From Lama guanicoe (lineage: Eukaryota), in NCBI GenBank assembly GCA_013239625.1, contig MU053416.1:253496-317495 (forward strand): a stretch of DNA of 64,000 nucleotides, read 5' to 3'. The translations under genes and the position numbers were made by a program. Each line of letters starts with the position of its first letter. Positions within the stretch are counted from its first letter, which is position 1. The notes under the pieces were generated by a model. That model saw only the letters and a list, made by a program, of their open reading frames with translations, did no database searches and was not told the DNA's origin. Of this stretch, positions 1 through 11,692 are shown piece after piece.

Positions 1-243
1 GAGTTTGGGATTAACAATAACAAACAAGTATATGTAAAACAGACAAACAACAAGAATTCACGGCAGAATACAGGGGAAAATATTCAATATCTTGCAACCT
101 ATAATGGCAATGAACTTGAAAAAGAATAGGCTATGTATATGTACAACTGAATCAGTATGCTGTATACCTGAAAATAACAAAACAGCTGTATATCTGATAC
201 TAACAACACATTGTAAATCAACCACATTTCAATTAAAAAAAAA
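1..243 (+). mobile_element. LINE-1 3' end (artiodactyl-type 3'UTR with A-tail), 5' part outside window
   Basis: gagtttgggattaac...actgaatcagtatgctgtatacctgaaa...cattgtaaatcaacc...attaaaaaaaaa matches the typical cetartiodactyl L1 3' terminus. Confidence 0.85.
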
Positions 244-355
244 GATAAGCTCTAAATACCTTTATTCAAAGAAAATCTTCAACTCTTCCCTCTTACAAAA
301 ATTAAAATGGGAAGAATGAGCAGGACCAAATTATACTGAATGAGTGGTTACATAC

Positions 356-553
356 CTTCTGCAGCACGTTGCCCATGCTACACACACATCATGTTTTCCT
401 TCAGGTAAGAACGGCCCTGGCTGCCCAGGGAGCGAGTCCTGCTGGGACAAGGCCTCTGTGGCAGTGGCCTCCTTGTCACCGCTCCATCTTACCAGAAGGC
501 CAGGGTTTTCAGAGGGGAGGGAACACAAAGCTCACACACTTCAGATCTATTTC
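356..553 (-). other. Candidate 198-bp exon of an unidentified gene running off the left edge; ends ATG GGC AAC GTG CTG CAG AAG (MGNVLQK)
   Basis: Minus-strand acceptor tttttctcag| at 553, donor AAG|gtatgt at 356, ATG in strong Kozak context (AGCATGG). Confidence 0.4.
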
Positions 554-1229
554 CTGAGAAAAACTATGGAAAGACCAAATTCACCTGCAGTGTGGGAAAC
601 ATGATCAGGGCCCCTAAGCAGACTGACAAGCCCAAAGCAAGATGGTCCAACGTTCACATAGGAACCAGAACAACAACTGTCTATCCCCAGTTAAATGATC
701 AGCATCTCACCTGCAATGAACTGTTCGTACTCAGTGTCAGGTATGTTTATGCTGAGACTTGAGAGATCAAAAAAGTCAGACCAGGGAATGCGGACCTGGT
801 GGATGTCCAGTTTCTGCCAATGGTAGAGGCGGCCCCAAGGGGGTAGCAGCAGCACTGACCCCTCCATTTTCAGCAGGGTCTTCAGGAGGAAGGCGATGTG
901 GATACAGATGCCCCTATGGAGGCTGAAGCCCTCTGGAGGGTTGACATAACACAGAAGCTACCTGGCAGGGAGCAAAGGAGAGCGGGTCTTCAGGACCAGG
1001 CCTAAGCACAGGAATCCCGGCTTAGATAGAACAGATACAACGGGAATCCCTGCACAGCACATGGCCTAGACTCCAGATACGTTCAGCAGCTTCTGGTTTG
1101 TATAGTGGAGGCACTGCCCACCCATCTCCATGTGGCCAATAACTTCGTGTCTGGGAGCACATGCAGAAGACATCTTGGCATCCGTCTAACACCACTAAGC
1201 ACCTGACTAGCACCTGAGCACCCGTTCTC

Positions 1230-1698
1230 CAGAGGCTCTCAAACTTCTTGGTCTACAGACCCCTGTTCACTCTTAATTTCTGAGGACACCAAAATGCTGC
1301 TATTTATGTGGGTTAAATCTATCAATAGTTCCTGTGTTAGAAGTTAAATAAGAACTTTAAAAAACGCTTATGAGTTCACTTAAAAATAATAACAACCTAC
1401 TACACGTTACCATTAATACTCTTAAACAAAAAAATGTATATTTTTCAAAACAAATTCATTAGTGAGAAGAATAGCAGTGATTTTAATTTCTGCAATTCTC
1501 TTTAGGACTGGTGAGAGGTGAATTCTCCTATCTGCCTCTGCATTCCCTGTTTTGTGATATCACAGACCAGATTTTCCCTGGAAAACCCCACAGGAATCTC
1601 GGGAGAGCAAGAGTGTGCAAAAGGCAGGTGACATCCCGGCGTTTCTAAGAAAATAGTCTTGCATCTCAGGGGCCTCGGACACACTTTGATAACTGCTG
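1230..1698 (+). mobile_element. hAT-Charlie DNA transposon relic (MER119-like), near complete
   Basis: Termini cagaggctctcaaac...actttgataactgctg are inverted; internal motifs (tttatgtgggtt, ttagtgagaagaat, ctggaaaacccca) follow the MER119/Charlie1 consensus as I recall it. Confidence 0.75.
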
Positions 1699-2540
1699 CC
1701 CTACCCTAGGCGAGACTCTCCTACACAATAGCCAGGCAAGGGTCCTGGCTTCTTTAATGAGTTACCACAGCCACACCCCTCCCTTCCCTCTGTTAATATT
1801 TCCTACAACCTTCATTACTGCAGATGAGGATGTAATCCTCAACTGGGACCTCTAATCCCAGAAGACTGCCAACCCTGAGAGGGAGGGCCCATCTACCATC
1901 CCTACACCCCGCACAGTCTATTTTGAGTCAAGCCCTAGATAACTGCTAATCGGCACTGACTCTTGTCTTATTGCTGAGGTTTATTGAAGGAGCCAACCTC
2001 TGGATGTAACTGAAATTTCCCTGCAGATAAACAAGGCTGATAAACCACCTGATTCCAACATCTGATTCTGGGGCTCTTCAAAGCGTGGGAAAGGCCCTGC
2101 TTCATCTAAGACTGGTCCTCCGCCTACCCTTCCCAGGGGGTTCTGGGAGGCCACTACCACCCAGGGCTACCCGGACTCGCGGTCCCAGCCCCAGCGCCCG
2201 AGTGGGAGGAAAGACCTAGGCTGTGCCCCTGCCCTTTCCCCCCCGCCCCAACCTGCTCCCCGGTACCACAGTCCCTCCCCGGCTGCCACACGGATCTGGA
2301 TCCCACCCCAGTCCATGTCCACTGGCCTCGCCAAGGGCGCGGATGTACGTTTACTGTCTGTGGGACGCCGCCTCAGACAGGATGTCGGCCGCTGACTGAC
2401 CAGGCCAGAACTAGCCACCCGGCCGAGCAAGCCGCCATCCCCAGCAGCAAGCACCGCAATGGTCCCAGGCAGCTACACACTTCTGGAGCCCACTGCCCGC
2501 CCCAGAAGCTCACGCCGGCCCCCCCCGGGGTGCGGCGCCT

Positions 2541-2554
2541 GTAACCATGGCAAC
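2541..2554. promoter_or_regulatory. Canonical RFX X-box GTAACCATGGCAAC
   Basis: Near-palindromic match to GTHNYY-AT-RRNAAC, inside a CpG island. Confidence 0.8.
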
Positions 2555-2720
2555 GCCACGGGGCCCTTCCCTAGCGCTTGCGTTGTGCATCCTCCCGAGG
2601 CTAGACGTGCGAGGGCAGAACTTGCGGAGCCAATGGGAGCCAGACCAGGCCGGGGGTGGGGGGGGGCTTATGGGACAGCGGGGCGGGGCGGGGGTGGGCG
2701 GGGCCGCGCGGACGTCCTCA

Positions 2721-2736
2721 CCTGCAGGTGGCGCTG
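2721..2736 (+). promoter_or_regulatory. CTCF-like motif CCTGCAGGTGGCGCTG
   Basis: Fits the core CC(A/T)(C/G)YAGRKGGCRC. Confidence 0.5.
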
Positions 2737-2938
2737 GCCGGAGCCTGGGGCGGTGCTGCCACCAGTGGGCGGGCAGTGGGGCAGAGGGGCAGCGGGGCAG
2801 CGGCGCAGCCGGGCAGCGGGGCGGGGGCACCTCCACCTGTCCGTTTGCGGGGTCAGCCTGGGCTCCGCGGCCTCCGCTTCTACCGGACGTGGACCCAGGC
2901 TGCCGCTGGTCAAGATAGAGGACTGAGCCCAGGCACGC

Positions 2939-5405
2939 ATGGCTGATCAGGTAGGGCACATGAAGTGCAGATCCTCCAGGCCCGCTGCCGGCCTTGAATT
3001 CACGCTGCTAGGCAGTTTCCAAGAAGACAGTGTCTGTCCAAAGAGGGGAGGTAGGGCAGGGGTGCCAGATGCTGGGTTGGGTGGGGTCTCACTGGAGAGC
3101 CACGGTGAGAGGGTGCAGAGCGCCCCCTGTGTTGGCAGGGCTAGGAATTTGGGGTATGGGGTGGGGATGGTGTGTGCCATGCTCTGTGGTCTCCCCAAGA
3201 ATTCTTACCCCCAAGCAATGGACCCTGCTCTCCCCACCCTTCACTGCATCTCCTGCCTTCCCCAGCACCACCGCCCCTGTCCCTGTAGTGTCCCATGACC
3301 TCTCCCCACACCAGGCACTGTCCCTGTTAGAGGTACTGAGCTCCTGGTGGTTCCAGCCCGAGGGTGGGGTCTGTATCTGACCAGTTGGGATGCCTGGAGC
3401 CTTTGTATGAAACCTCAGACCATAATGCAGGCGTGCATAATGCAGGCCCCTCAAACATGATTCCCTGTATGGCCCCACCACGCACCCACAGCGCAGCTGC
3501 CACACCGGGCCAAGCCTGCTGGAGGACCACTGGTCCCTTTCCTCCCGTCCCTGATCAAGAGTGCACTGCCCACACTGCTGAGTATTTAGGGGGCCTTAGA
3601 AGAGCAGCTGGCATTTTCATGGGCAAATACTTGCACTTTAGGGAAGATTTGAGTGCAAAGGGATGTAGGGTATGCTTTTTCTATTGCCCTGGAACTGGTG
3701 ACTAGGATGCAAACTTAAGTCAAAGCAGTTTTTAGAGAGAGCCACAAAATATCTATCCCAATGATCTCTGTTCCCCAATAAAGGCAACACCACCTGGCAG
3801 GTGGGGGCCTGGCCCCTCTTTTTGGAGTTTGGGGTTTGCACCCTCCAGCTGTGACAGAGCCCGAAAGAGTTCTGAACACGCTCCAACAGGCTTTTCCTGC
3901 ACAAACTACTTTTATTTTGAATCTGGGTGAAGGAACCAGCTGAGAAATCTGGGTAAATCTTCCTGGGTGTAACCATGGCTTTCATGCTGAATGAAAGAGT
4001 GGCTCTCCACATGCTAACATCTTAGAAATGAATGTGTGTCGATTCCTTCATGCATGTAGCAACTTGGGAACAGAGTTTCATGGTGAGGGGAACTATATAA
4101 CTTACATGTGTATGGGGAAGCCCTCACTCCAACAGGCTTTTCCTGCGCAAACTGCCTTTATTTTGAAATTGGGTCTTGCTGAGAAATCTTGGTAAGTGTT
4201 CCTAGGTGTAACCATGCCCATTATGCTGGATGAAACAGCGGCTCTACACATGTTCACATCTCAGAAATGAATGTGTGTTGAAGCCGTCATTCATGTAGCG
4301 TGTTGGGAACACAGAGTTTCGTGATGAAAAGAATTATGTAAATTACATGTCTATGATGAAGCACTCGCTCGAACTTGGTAGTCCATCGCATACTGCCTTT
4401 ATTTTGAAACTGCCTTCTCAGAAGACCTGTGGTTTCCACTGCAGGTCTGTCTCGAAGCCCAGGGCCAGCATGGTGACTCTGCTCCCCCTGTGTATTCTGA
4501 GAGGTCAAGGTGTCCTCCATGGCCCGGCCACCATTGTTTCTTTTGGAAACACCCTGCAGATGAAATGGGCCTGAGAACAGGAGAGCTGGATGCTAACAGC
4601 CACCGCCCAGTATGTGGCTCCTGGGAGAGGCATCTCCTTTCTGTAGGCTCTGATCTCCCCTCCCCTCTCCCCCACCCCCCACACTCTCTTCCTCTATTTC
4701 CTGATTGATCCCTAGATAATGGTCCATACCAGGAATGACCTGGGAGAGGTTTTATGAGTCTTTAAGGTAAAAAAAAAAAAAGAATCTTTGACAAATTACT
4801 GAAAGTAACTTCAAGCTTTCCCGGGAAAGTCCTCTTTCCAATGTCTAAGGCTAGTTGACAGGGTGTTAAGTTGCCTAACCACTCACATCTGAGCAAGTGC
4901 TAACTCCCCTCCAGCTGCCCTCAGCATCCACCTGTGGCAACTTGGCCACAAGAGGGCAAGAAAGCTCTTTCCCCACGCCAGCACCAGCATGGCTTTGGAG
5001 TCAGTGGAGGCTGAGAGAAAGGGCCCCGCCCTGAGGTTTGGGGGGCCTCCAGCCACAGCCAGAGGAACTGGCTCAGCAGTTCAGCAGTTTTCAGAGCTGG
5101 CTCAGCAGGGAAACCAGACAAGGCCGCCTGAACCAGGTCTTCCCTGCCCAGAGAGCCCCATGAACTGCTCTGGGCCTCACTCCCCGTTTGAACCCCCTGC
5201 AAAAAGTTACCACAGGATCCACACCTGAGAAGGCAGAAGGACGGCCCATTGGCCTAGAGTCCCAGTAGGTGCATCCTGTGAGACCTGTGGCCACATATCT
5301 TCCTTGTCTCTCCAGGTCACTGAAGGGTCTGTGCTAGGCACCTTGGTGGTCAGGGACATGGGAACAACTCTAAACTCTGAAGAAGGACAGAGAGACTCTT
5401 CATGA
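2939..5405 (+). pseudogene. Candidate small 3-exon gene or pseudogene: MADQ | IMVHTRNDLGEVL*VFK | VTEGSVLGTLVVRDMGTTLNSEEGQRDSS*
   Basis: ATG 2939, donor CAG|gtaggg 2950; 51-bp exon 4716-4766 (polypyrimidine-tag / AAG|gtaaaa) with in-frame TGA 4755; acceptor tccttgtctctccag| 5316; all junctions phase 0; AATAAA at 5751 and 6002. Confidence 0.35.
3881..4420. repeat. Diverged tandem repeat, ~2.2 copies of a ~241-246 bp unit
   Basis: Unit starts ctccaacaggcttttcctgc at 3881 and 4127, ctcgaac at 4368; shared tttattttgaa, gtgtaaccatg, agaaatgaatgtgtgt, ttacatgt. Confidence 0.9.
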
Positions 5406-7074
5406 AAGCAAGGATTCCAGGGAGATGCCTTGCCCAGAACTGGGGGACTGTGTTCTGAGTAGACCCCTGGGAGGCAGTGTGGGGCTGTGGGGTCCTCTTC
5501 AGAGTAGGGAGCAGGTGTGCTTTCTGGGAGTGGGGTCCTGCTTTGTCCAGTCATGTCCTCGTGTGAGACTCATTTACAAACACCTCCCAGTCCATCTAGG
5601 GGTGGTCCCAGGGGTAGGGGTAGAGGAGGAGAGTGAAGGGTGCAGACTTAGAGCCCCCTGAGCCACCCAGGGAGCCAAGGGTCAGTGGGAACATCTTGGG
5701 AGTCTAGTGCAGGGGTGGAGGACGAGCACTAAGAACATGCCAAGTCATGCAATAAAGTGACCTGTGACCATGAGACACAGGTGACCCTACACCAAATGAG
5801 GGAGATAGAAATTTTGACCCAGGCTCTGAGAAACTTGACAGGGGCTGCAGGGTCCCAGGAGCCCTCAGGAACAGCTCTTCTAGGGGCACAGATATCCCAA
5901 TACACACATTTTTCATGGATGCTTTCTGGGGTGCAGAGTGAGTTACCAGGATCCTGAACTTAGTATGGAACCCCACCCCCTTGTTCATCACGGTTCCTGG
6001 AAATAAATTGCTGTCATTTGTCCCTGGACATGCACAGGGGAACTGACTGCTGTGGGGGTCACTGCAGGACTGGAAACTTCTGGTGTGGGCTCTGTGACCA
6101 CAGAAACCCAGGGGGATTTCTTAACGGGAGCACCTGGAGACCATGCCTGCAAGGACCACCCTCATGGGATGGCCAAGGAACCCGTGGTACCCAGGTGACT
6201 AAGTGACGAAGTTGTGAGGCTGCCTGGGTATCCTGGGGGCGTGTAGATTCCTGTGGTCAGCACGTGGGCCCAGCACTGCGGGATGGTCTGCCCAAAGAGG
6301 GGCCTGCCCTCCTGATGATGGCTCCTAACACCTGCAGGGAAACTGCTCCCAGGGCTCCTGGAGGTCCATAGTGAGATTGTCCTGCCAGCCATGTGGGGTC
6401 ACCTTCCCCTCATGCAGAGGCAGACCTCTCCCCCTTGAGGCCCAGGGGACCCCTGGCTCAGGTCCCACCTGTGTGCCTTGGACATGCAGAGCACCAGAGC
6501 TCTGGCACAGCCTGGGGTGTGGTTGTGTCAGGGCAGGGAAGGCCCAGGGAAGGGGCTCATTCAGGAGCAGAGGCCACTCTGCAGGGATGTTGGACTTGGC
6601 AGCGATGCACTTCTTCAGAACTCCCCTGGGCTGGGTTTCCAAGCTGTGGGGTGGAAGGGCTTCTCCTTCCTGTGGTGCAGTTTGGGGAACTAGATCCATT
6701 GTCAATGTCAGCCCTGAAAATGGAGGCTGCGCTACATCCATTCCTGGAAAGAAAAATCAGGCCCCTCTAGTCCAGGTGACTCAGAAAGTCATTCAGCAAT
6801 GTTCGGGGTCCCCAGTTTAGGCTTTGAATAAGAACTGAGCAGCTCAGGAGGCCAGATCCCTGTCCATGGCTCCAGGAGCAGGCTTTCTGCTGGGGGACAG
6901 GATCCTCACAAACACCTGTGTCTTTGTGGAACACTCCCCTCTGACCAGCTGGGAGGCCGGGTGCAGTTGTGGGAAATCTTGTTTCCATGAGCAGAGGGCC
7001 ACCAAGTGGTGGGGGCATAGGAGACTGTGAGAATGATTCCCATAGCCTTTCTGGAATCAAAAAACTGGCAAATG

Positions 7075-7801
7075 TGAAAAAGTGCATAATTTGTTTTATT
7101 GAACAGGCTGCTTATGTACGTTTGGAGGGCCAGGTTCAAGGACTCTGCATCCCTCCAGGGCAATAGCCTCAAGAGAAGGACAGACAGAGCAGGAGAAGAG
7201 CTGGGGTTTCTCCCAGAAATGAGGCAGAACAGGGATTTCTGCAGATTTGCAAGGAGTCCCCGACCACTGAGCACGGGGTTACAACCCCATGTGACCCCTG
7301 ACGTGTTTGGCTTGGGCTCTGGGTCTGGCCTGTTCATGTATTTTTTCAGCTGAGTTCCAGAAACTCAGAGGGTGGACTTAGACGGGCTGCATTTGGAACC
7401 TGGTGAGGAGGTAGTGGGTCCTTTATATTGAGTCCCTCCAGCCTAATCACTGTAGCTGAAGCCCAACACCCCCCAGGCCCCCAGGGTGGCCCTGGAGGGA
7501 GATCAAGCCTGGCAGGTGACCTAGGGGTCCCACTGCTGTGTCCCTCCCTTGTCTTCATTCCCTTTCACCCCAGAGGTGTGGTTGTGTCGTATCATGGTGG
7601 CCACCGCAGTGTCCCTCCCAACAATCTCTCTTCTCCATCAGGTGGGGTTCCCACCCCCGCTCAGCCTTCTCTCTGCATGGATGCTGAAGGACCAGGCCCA
7701 CCTGAAGTTCTGAGCTTGAGCAGTAAGGTGGAAACAAAGAAGCCAATGGAAACAAATAAGCAAGTGATTGTGGCAAAGATCCCCACCACAGAGAAGCTGC
7801 C
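7075..7801 (-). other. Candidate last two exons of a membrane-protein gene: TM exon 7702-7801 and terminal exon 7399-~7075, C-terminus GSFSVVGIFATITCLFVSIGFFVSTLLLKLRTSGSKCSPSKSTL*
   Basis: ccttccactcag| acceptor, CAG|gtgggc donor, cctcctcaccag| acceptor, matching phase, stop 7365-7367, AATAAA at 7095-7100 (minus) followed by U-rich tract. Confidence 0.45.
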
Positions 7802-7884
7802 CTGAGTGGAAGGGAGGGTGTGGGCATGCCCATTTGTTTCCTGTCTCCCAGTGCTCTTAGCTTTCTTATTGCAGACCTGCATGG

Positions 7885-7957
7885 TTACAACACAATGATC
7901 TGCAAAACTGAAAATATTTACTCTCTCGCTTTTACAGAAAAGACTGGCCAGCCTCTG
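7885..7957 (+). mobile_element. MER58-like hAT transposon 3' fragment
   Basis: ctgcaaaactgaaaatatttactctctcgcttttacagaaaagactggccagcctctg. Confidence 0.55.
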
Positions 7958-8899
7958 GTCTCGGTACCAGGCAAGTGATTGGAGTTCCTTTCCAGTTTGG
8001 AAACATCTGGGCAGGCCTAGGTTTGCAAAAGTCTTTAAGAGTAGTTACAGAGTTTTGCTTCTAAAACTTTTTACGTCTGTATATACTTCTGAGATGCGGT
8101 TGTGCTGTGTATTTCTGAGCCGGGGCTATCTTAAACTGTTTCTCACTTCTTAAACCAGACATTCCTAAATTCCAAGGGGAACTGCATATTAAGGAAGCCA
8201 TGGAATTTAGGAAAAGGATACAGATTTCGTTTCCTTTTAAGCATCGATGTACCTCCATCATGGCAGTATTGGTTATGTGTTATTGATAGGGGAACTAAAT
8301 AGTAACCAGATTAATAGAAAACAGGGGATTTTAGGTACACAGGTTCATTTTTCAACCTTTTTTGTAATGTTTGCAGTTTAAGATGACCATTCCTGAGAAA
8401 CAGGCAGCCTCTTAGAATGAAATAGCATTTCCTCTGAACCATACTTAATTTTTATTTTGTAGACAGCAGGAATGGTAATCACACATCACACATTTGGGGA
8501 AGTCAAAGAGAAAATGTAACTTTCTGGGAGCGCACTCCCCCGTCTCCCTCTGCTCTTTTCACTGTCCCATTCTCCCTGGAAGGCTCTTTCTTATCTTCTG
8601 CTCATGACTCCAGTAACTCTTTCTTCCTCCTCGTTCCTCAGCTGGTAAGTTTACTTTTCTACTTTGAACAAGCAAACAAGCCAACAGAAGAGAAGTTTCA
8701 CAAGCAACTCCCAACACATCCGCTCACCTTCTGATGTCTGTGACCTCACTCTCGGTGCCCCACCTCTTATTACAAGTGATATCGATAGCCAGATCCACCA
8801 AAAGTCCCCGGGGCCCCATCCCTCCCATCTTCTCTGTGTTGTCACTCCCAAAACCATCCTCTGTTTCACTACCTCATCTCTTTTGTTCTCCTGCTAGTT

Positions 8900-10985
8900 G
8901 GCTCCTTTCAGTATATAAACGTCCATCCTCTTGAAAGAAACAAACAGCACTCCTTGAACCTAATTCACCCCCACCAGTTGCCACCCTGTGTCTTTGCAGC
9001 AAATCTTTAAGGAGTTGTTTAAACTCACTGTCTGCATCTTCTCTTGAGCCATCCCCTTTAACACCCACTCTGGCTTTTCCGCTGATCCCTAGCTCTATGG
9101 AAACTGCTCTGTCAAGGCCATCAGTGACCTCACATTGCTAAATATAGTGGTCAATTTTCAGTCATCATGCGTGGTCCCTCGGCAGCATTTGATCCAGCTC
9201 TTCCATCCCTCCTCCCCCGTGTTCCTGCTTCACTCAACCTCCAGCCCATCGCTCTGTCTGCTTTCTGCTTTTGGTTTGCTGGCTGCTCCTTTGCCAATGT
9301 CTTCTCTTTTTTTCAAACATATACTGTGGGTGTGCCCCAGGGTTGGTTCCTGGGCCTCTCCTCTCTCTCTCTACTATTCCTTTGGTGGAAGCAACCAGCC
9401 GTGGAAGTTGGCATGTCATCAATTTCTCGATTTCTCCAAACTCCGTGATTTGCCCTTTCCATCTGGACCTTTATCCCTGAGACTCACATTCTTTTTCTTT
9501 TATTCATCTTGCTTTCACATTCATACATATGTTCTACTGTGTACTTTTCCAAATTTTGAATCAGTATATATATATCATGTAAAATGCTCAAATCTGTATT
9601 ATTTCCACTAAGATGCTTATTCTACCTTAGAACATTTCTGTATTTCTGTAAATAAAGCGAATAGTATTTCTACAAGCCTCATAGTTAAACAGTGTGTATG
9701 TTTGGGGCTATTATGTAACATGAAATAATGATACATCAACATAGTCCTTTTTCATTTATTTTTATGAAATACCAAGATGAGGTTTTTGCACTGAAGACTG
9801 GTTTTATTAAAATTTTACCTACATTATAGACAGTCAGTTTATGTGAAAGCCCTCATTTCTCCCCTTTTCTGATATATTTACCATTTGGCTATATATAACA
9901 TATATCTTGGCATGAAATAAAATTCCCAAATCATTCACATAATACAATTAATACATTTAAATTATATTTTTTAAATGTTAAAAAGAAAATAAAGCCAGAC
10001 TCCTCTACCTATTAGGCATTTCTGTGGCAATATTTAATACACCCCTTAACCATGACATTGAAAAACTGAGCTGATACCACCCCCTTTCCACCTGCTCAGC
10101 CCCACCTTGTCCCATCCCCTGTGGATGGAGAGGACATCCCTCCCATTGTCCAGGTCCAGATGTTGGAACCATGTCCTTTCTCTCTCTTTCTCTTACGCAC
10201 ACAGACAGCAAATCCAGCTTGTTAGAAAATTCTGGACACTCTGTCTTCATTAACCACCTGCTCCCTGATCCCCACCCTCCTAAGAGCCACCTTCAGCCCT
10301 TCCTGGACACCAATAGCCTCCTGTTTCCATCTTTGCTTTCCTACAAACTCTCATCCACACAGAGTCAGAGGGAGCCTGCAAAAGCATATATTGGGGTGGG
10401 TGTAGCTCAGTGGTAGGGCTCATGCTTAGCATACATGAGATCCTGGGTTCAATCCCCAGAACCTTCATTAAAATAAATAAATTACCTCCCCCCAAAAAAC
10501 ACAAACACAAAAGCATAAGTTGGACTACATCAACCCTCCCCTAAAAACTCACTAAACGGGTCAAAATTTCACTAGGAGCCAAAGTCGTCACAAAGGCCTC
10601 AGGACCCGGCGAGCTGTGCCTCTCCGCCCACACTCTCCCCCTCAGTCTGGGGGCCTCTGGCTCCAGCTCTTCCTCCTTCCTCTGGATCAATTCTGCTTCA
10701 AGGTATTACTCCGTGAGATCTGCCAGGATTGCCTTATTCTCTCCTGCCTGCCTCCCACCCCACCGCCATCACCTGAGTTTGATCATATCACTCTTATTTT
10801 TTTTAATTTTTCCAAGCTCTTGCTACCCCCAACATGCTGCCTGTTTCCTCTGCTAAAACTCTGAGCCCCCAGTGATGGGGAGTCCTGTCTATTTTGTTGA
10901 CTGACAAAGCCTGGGACCCTTGGGAACGGGTCTAGTTAGGAGATTCCAGTATGTAGTAGGAGCTTATACACATTTGCTGAATGAA
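8900..10985 (+). mobile_element. Fragmented LINE-2 (RT region to 3' end), interrupted by an AT-rich insert (~9490-10000) and a SINE
   Basis: gaaactgctctgtcaaggccatcagtgacctc...gcagcatttga (decayed ETALVKVTNDL...SAAFD); 3' end tttgctgaatgaatg at ~10972-10987. Confidence 0.7.
10393..10507 (+). mobile_element. Camelid tRNA-derived SINE (vic-1 type) with target-site duplication
   Basis: A-box tagctcagtgg, B-box ggttcaatcc, A-rich tail; TSD caaaagcatatatt (10379-10392) / caaaagcataagtt (10508-10521). Confidence 0.85.
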
Positions 10986-11497
10986 TGCAGAGGTCCTGCT
11001 CCAATCCAGTGGAGCACTTTTGTGTCCTGCTCAAAGAATAACTCTCCTTTCCACCTGAGAGGGGGTGACAACTTTCTTGGTGATCAAAGGCAAGATCTTT
11101 TGCTTTATGCTGTTAACCTTAGGCGGGGAGACTGGGGGATCTTCATATATATTTTTAAAATTGGTTCACTTTGCAGTATGTCTTCTGTCTCTGTATAATT
11201 TTGAGAAACTCTTTATGAGGGATCATTCTTCCATCAGATTGAACAGGGTCCAGGGGGAAGGACCAAACCTGTCCCATTGGCCATCCTGTGTGTCATGTCC
11301 TGGGACCCAGTGGATGCTCAGCACGTAAGTGAACCGACAGGAGTGAGTGAAGAGATGGGAGCATCCCCTTATTGCTGTGCCTGCTCTCTGTCCGATGCCT
11401 TGAGATTTGGGGAAGGGTTTCCAGGGGCGGAGGGGAGAGGTCAGGTCCTCTGTGCTCTTCCTGAGTGCCCTGGCCTTACCCATTCTGCCAGCCCCCT

Positions 11498-11545
11498 CTG
11501 GGCAGCCAAGCCCAGGAGCTGGGCAGCCAAGCCCAGGAGCTGGGC
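11498..11545. repeat. Perfect 21-bp tandem duplication (ctgggcagccaagcccaggag x2 plus partial)
   Basis: Read directly. Confidence 0.95.
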
Positions 11546-11692
11546 CACCGGGGGTTGTGCTGATCAATAATCTACCTTCATCCCAAGTCCGGGGGGTAGG
11601 TACACCTGGTTGTAGTGTCTGGAGTCAGGTCCTTGGAGGAATTCCTCACCAAACTATGTTTTGGACTTTTTATTTTTCTCTATAACCTCCAG

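Larger units (their letters stand above)
2160..2960. promoter_or_regulatory. CpG island / promoter with X-box, CCAAT box (2630-2634) and clustered GC boxes (2680-2704)
   Basis: High GC and CpG density against CpG-poor flanks; ggagCCAATggg; several GGGGCGGGG; splice donors on both strands. Confidence 0.8.

Noticed and set aside
2373..2438. Minus-strand MAACSAGWLVLAW resembling the SMDT1/EMRE N-terminus
   Set aside because: Similarity limited to WLVLA, stop after 21 codons, downstream sequence does not match
2459..3705. Long overlapping ORFs in GC-rich regions (also 15174-16289 and 23046-24136)
   Set aside because: Stop-codon scarcity in GC-rich or repetitive DNA; low-complexity products in several frames
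4067..4143. Imperfect hairpin (gtgaggg...ccctcac) as a pre-miRNA
   Set aside because: Large internal loops and pairing not kept in the neighbouring repeat unit
6555..6635. Minus-strand VLKKCIAAKSNIPAEWPLLL resembling a ubiquitin-like helix
   Set aside because: Short, rest of the fold absent, no clear splice boundaries
10393..10466. tRNA gene (A and B boxes, Ala-like)
   Set aside because: A-rich tail, TSD and four more diverged copies in the window show it is a SINE
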